Source of the DNA: Tubulanus polymorphus
Lineage: Eukaryota; Animalia; Nemertea
Direction: 5' to 3'
Length of the DNA: 64,000 nucleotides
Assembly (NCBI RefSeq): GCF_964204645.1
Contig: NC_134030.1
Span: forward strand, 355,355 to 419,354
Shown: positions 49,569 through 62,072 of the stretch, one piece after another
Numbering within the stretch: the first letter of the stretch is position 1
How the letters are laid out: each line of letters begins with the position of its first letter
The notes under the pieces: model-generated
Seen by the model: only the letters and a program-made list of their open reading frames with translations
Told to the model about the DNA's origin: nothing
The model's database searches: none
Translations under genes and position numbers: made by a program

Positions 49569-50150
49569 TCAGAAGATTTTTGTAGTCTGGTCGATCCTTT
49601 GCACTATTTCTCGGCTAATTTTCTGTAGAGCATGCTTCAGTCTTGTTGTTTGTTTCAATGGTCTGTTAGAAGTTTTCGATGTTTTTCGCTGTTTGTTTTG
49701 TAACCGCTGTTCCTGTGTCCAGTTCGGAGTGATACTAACAGCATTGAGATTACTATCGTTTGTTTTCCGAAAATTTAAATATGCTTGTAAGATTAGTTGT
49801 TTTTCTGAAGTTGTTGAAAGGATAACTCTCATTGGCCTTGGCCTTCATCCCGTTTTCCGAGCCGTGTCACGTGTCGAGGTTTGGCAATTTTTCCTCCGAG
49901 CCCCAAACATTTCATTAGATTTTCAATTATTGTTGATTCAGAATTTTCACGGCTTTCAGAGTCAGCTATTTTTGGTTCCTCAATATTATGAATTATAATA
50001 TGCGTTCGACGCTTATCCATTTCTTCCAGATCTCGCTTGAATTTCTTGAGTTGATCTAACAGCTGTGTGGAATAGATCGAAAATGTCGTTTTTGATTTGT
50101 GGAAAGTAGTTTTTCGCCGTATTCGCAGTTTGCTATCATGTGTATAGTGA
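49569..50150 (-). mobile_element. LINE (CR1/L2-like) ORF1 remnant, copy 1
   Basis: DKRRTHIIIHNIEE...RLGKR frameshifting to RVIL...VSITPNWTQEQR, resembling CR1/L2-group ORF1; copies at ~52434-53015 and ~55268-55850. Confidence 0.65.
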
Positions 50151-50191
50151 AGAGGATGTGCCGTGGAATATCAATTGAATCAATCGACACT

Positions 50192-51211
50192 TTATTTCAG
50201 ATTGTTTTTTTTTCTTGTACGTCCTTCTCTAGAAATACAACTAGTTATTTCTTTTCGAAATTTTCTTAAACTGATGAAATACACGATGAAATTAATTGCA
50301 TTGTTTGACGTTTCAAGTGTGGATGTTGACAATGTGATGATTTGAAGCATGTAAGGTTTACGGGGCCACATTAGAATTGACGGTCTCGTATGTAGAACAG
50401 TACTGACCATATTATTAGGTAGCGATAGAAATAAATAAACGCATGTTATCGCAACAAGATTTTTAATACAGGCGCGGTCTTGTTTGGACATATTTTGTAC
50501 AGTTTTCCGAGAAGATTTCACTGATCGCGACGCCAGTTTTATAGCGATTATGATAATACACGAAACGCTTATGAAGTACGGAGCAAAGCAAAGAGTAATC
50601 AGTTTGATTACAGTTATAGCTGTCCTGAATACGGCATTCTCTGCAGATCGGAAATTAGGAAATATTATACAGTTTTTGGTTCCGTCTGCGGCGTAAGTAT
50701 GGATGCCATATACGTTGAACATAGCGCCCTCTACCAGTAAAACAACGATCCACTGGCAGACGATCACGTATCGACGCCGTGTTTTGGTAAAAGTTGTCGA
50801 AGCTTTCAGAGGTATAGAAATAGCAAGCGACCTTTCTACGGCAAAGACGCACAACGTCCACGTCGATAGTTTTATCGAAACGTTGACTGTGATGAGTAAA
50901 AACTTACAAACAAATTCGGAAATCGTGTAAAAGACATATATACCGAAGCCGGTATTCGAAGCGTAGCTGATCTTTTCCAACAATTTCAGTGACATCGAGT
51001 TCAAGTATATAATATCTGATGTAGCCAATGAGATTAAGTATTGAACACTGGGACCGTCTAGTTCATTACGCAGTCGGACTAGTAAAACTAGTGTCAGAAA
51101 GCTGCCGACACTACCGACAATCATCACGAGATATATTAGTAAACTGTACGTGTACCAGACGGTCGACTGCCAATGCTCCGAAGGCGACTGCAGAAAAAAT
51201 GAACGATTCAT
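50192..51211 (-). CDS. Class A GPCR (peptide/chemoreceptor-like), tandem copy 1
   Basis: 339 aa single exon; YLISLATSD, FAVERSLAISIP, LSLP, NNAINFIVY...FRKE. Confidence 0.9.
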   Translation of the reverse strand: MNRSFFLQSPSEHWQSTVWYTYSLLIYLVMIVGSVGSFLTLVLLVRLRNELDGPSVQYLISLATSDIIYLNSMSLKLLEKISYASNTGFGIYVFYTISEFVCKFLLITVNVSIKLSTWTLCVFAVERSLAISIPLKASTTFTKTRRRYVIVCQWIVVLLVEGAMFNVYGIHTYAADGTKNCIIFPNFRSAENAVFRTAITVIKLITLCFAPYFISVSCIIIIAIKLASRSVKSSRKTVQNMSKQDRACIKNLVAITCVYLFLSLPNNMVSTVLHTRPSILMWPRKPYMLQIITLSTSTLETSNNAINFIVYFISLRKFRKEITSCISREGRTRKKNNLK

Positions 51212-51650
51212 GATTCCGTCAAAAAGATTAAATTAATCCAAGCGCGCCTCTGTAAAAATGAGCTTAATACGTGAATGTTAGTGAGTGATGCGTGCCGGCC
51301 GGTCGGTCTAATTATAACCTAATGACGTATCAGTAACGCACATATAACGACGTAAATTAATTTGCTCTGAACATCACACATCACACAATTTATATGTGGA
51401 TTACAAACAGTGTGATGTGCAATGTTTGAACTACAAACAAACAATGTCGACTAGCCCCATTTGTCGTGGATTGTCATCCCGTTAGATGCGGGCAAAATAG
51501 GCAAAATTATCCACGAAAGATTTTATATCATCAAAATGTCTAACAAACTCACGGTCATTCGGGACGGTCATTCGGCGGAGTCATGAAAACAGTGCGGGAC
51601 TTTTTTGTGAGTTCAAAAGATAACATAAGACACACTAACTATCCGTGTGG

Positions 51651-51832
51651 AACGAGAGAAACCCCCACAATAAATTCAGCCTAAACATTTCCCCTGATGA
51701 TGGCCGAAACGTTGCACAAAAGTACGCCTGATGATGGCTAATAGTCTTTAGCCGAAACGTTGCGCAAATATATATAACTCTTCTATTCAAGTTTCTCGTT
51801 TTGGCTGAACTTATTGCGGGATTTCTCTCGTT
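51651..51832 (+). ncRNA. Inverted-repeat element with two minimal hammerhead-ribozyme-like motifs
   Basis: CTGATGATGGCCGAAACGTT (51694) and CTGATGATGGCTAATAGTCTTTAGCCGAAACGTT (51728), inside arms AACGAGAGAAA...CAGCC / GGCTG...TTTCTCTCGTT; copies at 54561 (one motif) and 57404/57438. Confidence 0.55.
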
Positions 51833-53056
51833 GAAACTTTTAATTTTGGAAACTTTCCTTTTCCCTGAAGTGGCGAGTATATTACCATCTAAAAATCAGT
51901 TTGGGTATATAACCACGGACCAAAGAGTCCATGGTTTAACCATTCACCAAAATGGTTTTTATGTTCATGTTATATAACCATGGACCACGAAGATAACGCT
52001 CATGCATTCCGAAAATCAAGTCCTCTATCATAATTTACCGTCAGTTGAAGGCCTGTAAAGGCCATGACTAAACAGCTTCTCTTGCTTTGAAACAAGTGTA
52101 CTCGTAAGGTAGGCACTTAACGTGCCCTCTTAGTGTTCCTTTTTTATGAGGGTGCTGTCATGAGATTAAAGTCTATATTTTTTCTTAGTGATTAAAAGTT
52201 TTCTTTTTTAATTTCGTAGTCAAATTTCATTGTTAGAAGTCCTGATAGCTATTTTTTTCTTTCGCTTAGTGTAGCCCTGATTTAGTGTGTTGTTTATTTA
52301 CATGGCTGATTCCCACCCATGGCAGTTGATTCAGACCCCTCTAATGAGGAGCCGCTCGATATTTCGCTGATATCAACCCATTCATCTGACACTTGGTCAT
52401 CCGATGAGTCCATTTGAAATCTCACAATATTTCTCAGAAGATTTTTGTAGTCTGGTCGATCCTTTGCACTATTTCTCGGCTAATTTTCTGTAGAGCATGC
52501 TTCAGTCTTGTTGTTTATTTCAATGGTTTGTTAGAATTTTTCGATGTTTTTCGCTGTTTGTTTTGTAACCGCTGTTCCTGTGTCCAGTTCGGAGTGATAC
52601 TAACAGCATTGAGATTACTATCGTTTGTTTTACGCAAACTTAAATATGCTTGTAAGATTAGTTGTTTTTCTGAAGTTGTTGAAAGGATAACTCTCATTGG
52701 CCTTGGCCTTCATCCCGTTTTCCGAGCCGTGTCACGTGTCGAGGTTTGGCAATTTTTCCTCCGAGCCCCAAACATTTCATTAGATTTTCAATTATTGTTG
52801 ATTCAGAATTTTCACGGCTTTCAGAGTCAGCTATTTTTGGTTCCTCAATATTATGAATTATAATATGCGTTCGACGCTTATCCATTTCTTCCAGATCTCG
52901 CTTGAATTTCTTGAGTTGATCTAACAGCTGTGTGGAATAGATCGAAAATGTCGTTTTTGATTTGTGGAAAGTAGTTTTTCGCCGTATTCGCAGTTTGCTA
53001 TCATGTGTATTGTGTAGAGGATGTGCCGTGGAATATCAATTGAATCAATCGACACT

Positions 53057-54076
53057 TTATTTCAGATTCTTTTTTTTTCTTGTGCATCCTTCTCTAGAAA
53101 TACAACTAGTTATTTCTTTTCGAAATTTTCTTAAACTGATGAAATACACGATGAAATTAATTGCATTGTTTGACGTTTCAAGTGTGGATGTTGACAATGT
53201 GATGATTTGAAGCATGTAAGGTTTACGGGGCCACATTAGAATTGACGGTCTCGTATGTAGAACAGTACTGACCATATTATTAGGTAGCGATAGAAATAAA
53301 TAAACGCATGTTATCGCAACAAGATTTTTAATACAGGCGCGGTCTTGTTTGGACATATTTTGTACAGTTTTCCGAGAAGATTTCACTGATCGCGACGCCA
53401 GTTTTATAGCGATTATGATAATACACGAAACGCTTATGAAATACGGAGCAAAGCAAAGAGTAATTAGTCTGATTGCAGTTATAGCTTTCCTGAATACGGC
53501 TTTCTCTGCAGATCGGAAATTAGGAAATATTATGCAGTTTTTGGTTCCGTCTGCGGCGTAAGTATGGATGCCATATACGTTGAACATAGCGCCCTCTACC
53601 AGTAAAACAACGATCCACTGGCAGACGATCACGTATCGACGCCGTGTTTTGGTAAAAGTTGTCGAAGCTTTCAGAGGTATAGAAATAGCAAGCGACCTTT
53701 CTACGGCAAAGACGCACAACGTCCACGTCGATAGTTTTATCGAAACGTTGACTGTGATGAGTAAAAACTTACAAACAAATTCGGAAATCGTGTAAAAGAC
53801 ATATATACCGAAGCCGGTATTCGAAGCGTAGCTGATCTTTTCCAACAATTTCAGTGACATCGAGTTCAAGTATATAATATCTGATGTAGCCAATGAGATT
53901 AAGTATTGAACACTGGGACCGTCTAGTTCATTACGCAGTCGGACTAGTAAAACTAGTGTCAGAAAGCTGCCGACACTACCGCCAATCATCACGAGATATA
54001 TTAGTAAACTGTACGTGTACCAGACGGTCGACTGCCAATGCTCCGAAGGCGACTGCAGAAAAAATGAACGATTCAT
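53057..54076 (-). CDS. Class A GPCR, tandem copy 2
   Basis: Intact 339-aa ORF with a few substitutions versus copy 1. Confidence 0.9.
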   Translation of the reverse strand: MNRSFFLQSPSEHWQSTVWYTYSLLIYLVMIGGSVGSFLTLVLLVRLRNELDGPSVQYLISLATSDIIYLNSMSLKLLEKISYASNTGFGIYVFYTISEFVCKFLLITVNVSIKLSTWTLCVFAVERSLAISIPLKASTTFTKTRRRYVIVCQWIVVLLVEGAMFNVYGIHTYAADGTKNCIIFPNFRSAEKAVFRKAITAIRLITLCFAPYFISVSCIIIIAIKLASRSVKSSRKTVQNMSKQDRACIKNLVAITCVYLFLSLPNNMVSTVLHTRPSILMWPRKPYMLQIITLSTSTLETSNNAINFIVYFISLRKFRKEITSCISREGCTRKKKNLK

Positions 54077-55890
54077 GATTCCGTCAAAAAGATGAAATTA
54101 ATCCAAGCGCGCCTCTGTAAAAATGAGCTTAATACGTACATGATAGTGAGTGATGCGTGCCGGCCGGTCGGTCTAATTATAACCTAATGACGTATTAGTC
54201 ACGCACATATAACGACGTAAATTAATTTGCTCTGAACATCACACATCACACAATTTATTTGTGGATTACAAACAGTGTGATGTGTAATGTTTGAACTACA
54301 AACAAACAATGTCGACTATCCCCATTTGTCGTGGATTGTCATCCCGTTAGATGCGGGCAAAATAGGCAAAATTATCCACGAAAGATTTTATATCATCAAA
54401 ATGTCTAACAAACTCACGGTCATTCGGGACGGGCATTCGGCGGAGTCATGAAAACAGTGCGGGACTTTTTTGTGAGATGCTCACAAGTTCAAAAGATAAC
54501 ATAAGACACACTAACTATCCGTGTGGAACGAGAGAAATAAATTCAGCCTAAACATTTCCCCTGATGATGGCTAATAGTCTTTAGCCGAAACGTTGCGCAA
54601 ATATATATAACTCTTCTATTCAAGTTTTACGTTTTGGCTGAACTTATTGTGGGATTACTCTCGTTGAAACTTTTAATTTTGGAAACTTTCCTTTTCCCTG
54701 AAGTGGCGAGTATATTACCATCTAAAAATCAGTTTGGGTATATAACCACGGACCAAAGAGTCCATGGTTTAACCATTCACCAAAATGGTTTTTATGTTCA
54801 TGTTATATAACCATGGACCACGAAGATAACGCTCATGCATTCCGAAAATCAAGTCCTCTATCATAATTTACCGTCAGTTGAAGGCCTGTAAAGGCCATGA
54901 CTAAACAGCTTCTCTTGCTTTGAAACAAGTGTACTCGTAAGGTAGGCACTTAAGGTGCCCTCTTAGTGTTCCTTTTTTATGAGGGTGCTGTCATGAGATT
55001 AAAGTCTACATTTTTTTTTAGTGATTAAAAGTTTTTTTTTTTAAATTTCGTAGTCAAATTTCATTGTTAGAAGTCCTGATAGCTATTTTTTTCTTTCGCT
55101 TAGTGTAGCCCTGATTTAGTGTGTTGTTTATTTACATGGCTGATTCCCACCCATGGCAGTTGATTCAGACCCCTCTAATGAGGAGCCGCACGATATTTCG
55201 CTGATATCAACCCATTCATCTGACACTTGGTCATCCGATGAGTCCATTTGAAATCTCACAATATTTCTCAGAAGATTTTTGTAGTCTGGTCGATCCTTTG
55301 CACTATTTCTCGGCTAATTTTCTGTAGAGCATGCTTCAGTCTTGTTGTTTGTTTCAATGGTCTGTTAGAAGTTTTCGATGTTTTTCGCTGTTTGTTTTGT
55401 AACCGCTGTTCCTGTGTCCAGTTCGGAGTGATACTAACAGCATTGAGATTACTATCGTTTGTTTTACGCAAACTTAAATATGCTTGTAAGATTAGTTGTT
55501 TTTCTGAAGTTGTTGAAAGGATAACTCTCATTGGCCTTGGCCTTCATCCCGTTTTCCGAGCCGTGTCACGTGTCGAGGTTTGGCAATTTTTCCTCCGAGC
55601 CCCAAACATTTCATTAGATTTTCAATTATTGTTGATTCAGAATTTTCACGGCTTTCAGAGTCAGCTATTTTTGGTTCCTCAATATTATGAATTATAATAT
55701 GCGTTCGACGCTTATCCATTTCTTCCAGATTTCGCTTGAATTTCTTGAGTTGATCTAACAGCTGTGTGGAATAGATCGAAAATGTCGTTTTTGATTTGTG
55801 GAAAGTAGTTTTTCGCCGTATTCGCAGTTTGCTATCACGTGTATAGGGTAGAGGATGTGCCGTGGAATATCAATTGAATCAATCGACACT

Positions 55891-56910
55891 TTATTTCAGA
55901 TTCTTTTTTTTTCTTGTACGTCCTTCTCTAGAAATACAACTAGTTATTTCTTTTCGAAATTTTCTAAAACTGATGAAATACACGATGAAATTAATTGCAT
56001 TGTTTGACGTTTCAAGTGTGGATGTTGACAATGTGATGATTTGAAGCATGTAAGGTTTACGGGGCCACATTAGAATTGACGGTCTCGTATACAGAACAGT
56101 ACTGACCATATTATTAGGTAGCGATAGAAATAAATAAACGCATGTTATCGCAACAAGATTTTTAATACAGGCGCGGTCTTGTTTGGACATATTTTGTACA
56201 GTTTTCCGAGAAGATTTCACTGATCGCGACGCCAGTTTTATAGCGATTATGGTAATACACGAAACGCTTATGAAATACGGAGCAAAGCAAAGAGTAATTA
56301 GTCTGATTGCAGTTATAGCTTTCCTGAATACGGCATTCTCTGCAGATCGGAAATTAGGAAATATTATGCAGTTTTTGGTTCCGTCTGCGGCGTAAGTATG
56401 GATGCCATATACGTTGAACATAGCGCCCTCTACCAGTAAAACAACGATCCACTGGCAGACGATCACGTATCGACGCCGTGTTTTGGTAAAAGTTGTCGAA
56501 GCTTTCAGAGGTATAGAAATAGCAAGCGACCTTTCTACGGCAAAGACGCACAACGTCCACGTCGATAGTTTTATCGAAACGTTGACTGTGATGAGTAAAA
56601 ACTTACAAACAAATTCGGAAATCGTGTAAAAGACATATATACCGAAGCCGGTATTCGAAGCGTAGCTGATCTTTTCCAACAATTTCAGTGACATCGAGTT
56701 CAAGTATATAATATCTGATGTAGCCAATGAGATTAAGTATTGAACACTGGGACCGTCTAGTTCATTACGCAGTCGGACTAGTAAAACTAGTGTCAGAAAG
56801 CTGCCGACACTACCGCCAATCATCACGAGATATATTAGTAAACTGTACGTGTACCAGACGGTCGACTGCCAATGCTCCGAAGGCGACTGCAGAAAAAATG
56901 AACGATTCAT
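55891..56910 (-). CDS. Class A GPCR, tandem copy 3
   Basis: Intact 339-aa ORF with a few substitutions versus copies 1 and 2. Confidence 0.9.
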   Translation of the reverse strand: MNRSFFLQSPSEHWQSTVWYTYSLLIYLVMIGGSVGSFLTLVLLVRLRNELDGPSVQYLISLATSDIIYLNSMSLKLLEKISYASNTGFGIYVFYTISEFVCKFLLITVNVSIKLSTWTLCVFAVERSLAISIPLKASTTFTKTRRRYVIVCQWIVVLLVEGAMFNVYGIHTYAADGTKNCIIFPNFRSAENAVFRKAITAIRLITLCFAPYFISVSCITIIAIKLASRSVKSSRKTVQNMSKQDRACIKNLVAITCVYLFLSLPNNMVSTVLYTRPSILMWPRKPYMLQIITLSTSTLETSNNAINFIVYFISFRKFRKEITSCISREGRTRKKKNLK

Positions 56911-57918
56911 GATTCCGTCAAAAAGATGAAATTAATCCAAGCGCGCCTCTGTAAAAATGAGCTTAATACGTGAATGTTAGTGAGTGATGCGTGCCGGCCG
57001 GTCGGTCTAATTATAACCTAATGACGTATTAGTAACGCACATATAACGACGTAAATTAATTTGCTCTGAACATCACACATCACACAATTTATATGTGGAT
57101 TACAAACAGTGTGATGTGCAATGTTTGAACTACAAACAAACAATGTCGACTATCCCCATTTGTCGTGGATTGTCATCCCGTTAGATGCGGGCAAAATAGG
57201 CAAAATTATCCACGAAAGATTTTATATCATCAAAATGTCTAACAAACTCACGGTCATTCGGGACGGTCATTCGGCGGAGTCATGAAAACAGTGCGGGACT
57301 TTTTTGTGAGATGCTCACAAGTTCAAAAGATAACATAAGACACACTAACTATCCGTGTGGAACGAGAGAAACCCCCACAATAAATTCAGCCTAAACATTT
57401 CCCCTGATGATGGCCGAAACGTTGCACAAAAGTACGCCTGATGATGGCTAATAGTCTTTAGCCGAAACGTTGCGCAAATATATATAACTCTTCTATTCAA
57501 GTTTCACGTTTTGGCTGAACTTATTGTGGGATTTCTCTCGTTGAAACTTTTAATTTTGGAAACTTTCCTTTTCCCTGAAGTGGCGAGTATATTACCATCT
57601 AAAAATCAGTTTGGGTATATAACCACGGACCAAAGAGTCCATGGTTTAACCATTCACCAAAATGGTTTTTATGTTCATGTTATATAACCATGGACCACGA
57701 AGATAACGCTCATGCATTCCGAAAATCAAGTCCTCTATCATAATTTACCGTCAGTTGAAGGCCTGTAAAGGCCATGACTAAACAGCTTCTCTTGCTTTGA
57801 AACTAAGTGTACTCGTAAGGTAGGCACTTAACGTGCCCTCTTAGTGTTCCTTTTTTATGAGGGTGCTGTCATGAGATTAAAGTCTATATTTTTTCTTAGT
57901 GATTAAAAGTTTTCTTTA

Positions 57919-58876
57919 CTATGTACGATATTTCTCACTTGGAACGAATGGAATCCCTATCATATTGCGTTGTATACCGATGATCAATACTTTACCTGAT
58001 GGGTGATACTTTGCAAGGTACCCTCGCAGGGAATCGAATGATTCTTTACTTCTCGGTTCAGCCAATTTCCCTCCTAACATTGCGCAATGGTCTCGCGCTG
58101 CCGAGAGAACCTTCTTCGGGTTTGTCACTGGTTGATACCACCCGGTGCCAACACGTACTGTAAATTCGTCTGGGCTCCTGATTCCTTATTACAGAATGGT
58201 TAAAAAAAAACGAAAAATAAATGAATAAGAATAAAGCTAAAAGGAAATCTAGATATTGGAAGAAATTCATCATCAAAAGGCAGTTTCAAGGAAGATAGAC
58301 TTTATCTATTATGACTCTGTTATTAATCTCAGAGTTTCAGAGTCAATAATGACGACGATATTTCGTGTCTCTGCTGGTGAAGTTTAGTTAGAAATTTAAA
58401 ATACCTCGGAGAACGTCTGAACAAAAGTCTTGATAATTTCATTTTTGAAAGTTCGCTAACAAGATGTCTGATATCTGGTGTTTGTGGTGCATTTACGATT
58501 GGAAATGTCTCAGGTGAAGAATATGCGAAGTGTGGAGATTAAAAAACTTTTTTGCCTTACCTGAGCTATCTTTAATGTAAACCTCTTCGCCACTAGAGGG
58601 CGCTATAGCTTTGATCAATAGATCGTAGAGTTGACAATGTTCAGCGTGAAAACTGATCCCGACACAGAGGATCCCTTCTTGCGAACACAAACCCAAACAT
58701 TGAAATTCGAACTGGACGTTACTGACATTTTTGTACGCCCCTAGAGTTGAGCGGACGACTTTTATTCGTTGGTAGATAAACGAAGTCTTCCCAGAAGTCG
58801 TAGATTCAATTGGGGTCCGAGCATAAAACAGAACCCACAACGCGAAGACGGTTTTTCGTATGTTTGTTGCAGCCAT
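57919..58876 (-). CDS. Secreted PAN/Apple-like + partial C-type lectin domain protein (possibly truncated)
   Basis: Exon 58561-58876: signal peptide and CLGLC...CVGISF...CQL. Exon 57919-58184: AARDHCAMLGGKLAEP...IIGI, resembling the N-terminal half of a CTLD; the stop lies at the junction with the GPCR array. Confidence 0.62.
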
Positions 58877-59915
58877 TTTGTCGTGGTGTTAATTCAGTTT
58901 TACATAGATCCAGTAATAGATAGACTATGTGAATATCGTCTCATTGTCTATGCATGTATTTTTAGGGTGAGGAAAAAAGCGATATATTGATTAACGTAGA
59001 AAAAATGTAGCTGGTGAATTAGTGGTGAATTAGTGGTGAATTAGTGGTGAATTAGTGGTGAATTAGAATAAACTGGTGAATTTCTTAATGAAACAGGAAC
59101 TCTATAAATTTAAAGATTACTATTATCATCGATTATACTCCGACTTTTGATTTGACAAAGGCGTTTTTACAAGTAATTGAGAATCAGATTCACTTCTCAT
59201 TCACTGGGAATAGAACGCAATTCTAATCGAGCTGCGAATGGTGTATTGGAAATGGTTGAAAATTCTTTCATTTCTTCTCATTTCTTGATAACAGATTATC
59301 AATGTTTTATCTAAGTTAACTCTGTAGACGATCATGAAATTTTTACTATATTCCCTAATTGTGTTCGCTACGTCCAAAAATCAAGTTCCTCTTGTTTGTC
59401 TTATAAGTGGAATAATATTCTACAGGTTTTATAACCGATTCCTGTAGACGATTCAAGCAATGAATTTATGAGCTCAATTCACGACAATACGCGATCATAT
59501 TGAGCAAATAATAAGCGATCTGTCGTTTACGCAAGGGTGATATGCACCAGTTGCTGTCTATGTTCTTAGCCAAACGCGATGCATCAGCGAAATCATGATT
59601 GTGTGTTTATGCAGTTTGCGCAAGTGAATAAATATTCGAAAGAACAATAACTGGTCTTACAGCAGTGATAGCAGGAATCACAACTCAAATACGCCAACAC
59701 GCCAAAGACTGATTATTGGTATCATTTCTGATAGCTTATTCCACGTCCTACGTGTCATAGATTTTTTTTTAAGATTTTATTTATTATAGTGGCATGAGCA
59801 ACATGCATAGATATGATGTGTTTCAATTGTTATAACCTGCGTCCGGCCCAAATGTCGACTTACAAATCGTTCTTCAGAAATTAGTTGGTACAGGATTGCC
59901 AACCACAGTAAAATA

Positions 59916-60500
59916 TGTGTTCAGTGCTTCATCTGAGACATTTTTAATTGAAAATGAACTACAAACACCAGATATTAGACATTTTATCAGCACACTTTCA
60001 AAAACTGATCGTCCACACTTCACATGTGTTCAGTGCTTCATCTGAGACATTTTTAATTGAAAATGAACTACAAACACCAGATATTAGACATTTTATCAGC
60101 ACACTTTCAAAAACTGATCGTCCACACTTCACATGTGTTCAGTGCTTCACCTGAGACATTTTTAATTGAAAATGAACTAAAAACACCAGATATTAGACAT
60201 TTTATCAGCACACTTTCAAAAACTGATCGTCCACACTTCACATGTGTTCAGTGCTTCATCTGAGACATTTTTAATTGAAAATGAACTACAAACACCAGAT
60301 ATTAGACATTTTATCAGCACACTTTCAAAAACTGATCGTCCACACTTCACATGTGTTCAGTGCTTCACCTGAGACATTTTTAATTGAAAATGAACTACAA
60401 ACACCAGATATTAGACATTTTATCAGCACACTTTCAAAAACTGATCGTCCACACTTCACATGTGTTCAGTGCTTCACCTGAGACATTTTCAATTAAAAAT
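59916..60500. repeat. 109-bp tandem repeat (~5.4 copies) with dispersed and inverted copies
   Basis: Period 109; partial copy 60617-60665; inverted copies ~60672-60795 and ~61330-61395; diverged inverted copy ~58443-58535. Confidence 0.92.
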
Positions 60501-60547
60501 AATTAACGAGACGAGTAGTAGTGTATAGGTTCAATATTTATTTGACG

Positions 60548-60588
60548 CACGAGCTTTCGCTTTTAATGAATAGAAGCTTCATCATGTG
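60548..60588 (-). ncRNA. Degenerate hammerhead-like motif
   Basis: CAC-ATGATGA-AGCTTCT...AAAAGC-GAAAGCTC-GTG; the first core C is replaced by A. Confidence 0.4.
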
Positions 60589-62072
60589 AATGAGTTGTTA
60601 GTTAAAAATTAACAACAAACACCAGATATTAGATATTTTATCAGCACACTTTCAAAAACCGATCGTGTGCAGATAAAATGTCTAATATCTGGTGTTCGTA
60701 GTACATTTCCAATTAGAAATATCTCAGGTAAACAGGCACTGAACACATGTGAAGTGTGGACGATCAGTTTATGAAAGTATGCTGATAAAATGTCGTCAGA
60801 CGTCTTCTATCACTTTCACTGAAAATATCTTATGAAATGAAATACAAGGTGAGGCAAAAACGTCTAAAAGATTGACAATTTCTAGAACGGTGTATCTAAG
60901 TCGATTAGATAAACCAGAAAGTGCTCTTTCCAGGCAACGGATCGATATCTACAGAGAAAACTATTTTCAACAACTAATGCGGACCCCGAAACCGTGTGGC
61001 AATTGGGTATCACACTTGCGGTAAAATGGGCGTCCAACAGGCGCGTTTGTAAATAATCTGCGCTTCGAATTTGTCTCGTTTTGTATCGAAAGCGAAGCAA
61101 ATTGATAATCAACATAAACAACAAAGAGCCCAAGAGGGGGCGCTGAATATTGATTGTTATGTTGTTTGAACACATTTGGATTCACGGGTCTAATAAACAT
61201 GCTGTTGTTCCACGATTTACCAAATAATAATGTGTGTTTTATTCGATTCTAAGAAAGTAAACTTTTGCATCATTGTTGACAAACGTTCTCTGTGAGAACG
61301 ACCTTTCACAATGTCCCTGGAAAACCAAAACACATGTGAAGTGTGGACGATCAGTTTTTGAAAGGTCGATGATAAAATGTCTAATGTCTGGTGTCTAATG
61401 TCTAATGTCTAATGTTTTATGTCTAGAACAACCTTTCACAATGTCCCTCGAAAACCAAAACACAAACGAAAAAGAGTAGTTTATGATTCATAGTAAAAGT
61501 ATTATTGGATTGTCGACTGAATTAAGTCTTCCTTGCTGGGCGTCAAATACTTCCGAAGGCCAACGGTGTAAATAAATATCACGAAAACGTCTAAAAAATC
61601 CCTGTGATTACTGATGAACCAATGGCATCTTCTACATTGCATGGGGCGATTGGGTGACGTCACGTCGATTCATTCACGATTAATAAATATTTTCTCTCTA
61701 CGGCTTCGATAAAGTATCCCTTGAAAGAAAACCTTCCACCTGATTATAGCGACCTGAGTCATTATGAAATGTACAAAAAGCAATTACCATCATATCTCAC
61801 TTTTGTGATTTTATTGAACATGATATGAACGAATGTGCAACAGAAATGATTGATTGATTGATTGATCGATTCATTGGTTGATCGATTGATTGATTGATTG
61901 ATTGATCGACTGACTGCTCATCGGTGGCGTTTCAACCATTCTGGAAGATATGAAGAAAAGAAGATAATTTCAATAACATTATTAGGACATTACAGTAAGC
62001 ACACGCGCGCACAGCACGTGATTGGTCGGGCTATAAACTTACCCTGTCTTTTAAACACGTTTTGTAGTTATA

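Larger units (their letters stand above)
49125..57917. repeat. Segmental tandem triplication (~2.85-kb unit, 3 full copies plus a ~215-bp partial copy)
   Basis: Units start at ~49125, 51994, 54827 and 57704 (TAACGCTCATGCATTCCGAAAA); each full unit carries a LINE remnant, a GPCR and a hammerhead-like hairpin. Confidence 0.96.

Noticed and set aside
49549-49998. 149-aa + strand ORFs repeated in each unit
   Set aside because: Non-ATG start; antisense shadows of the LINE remnant.
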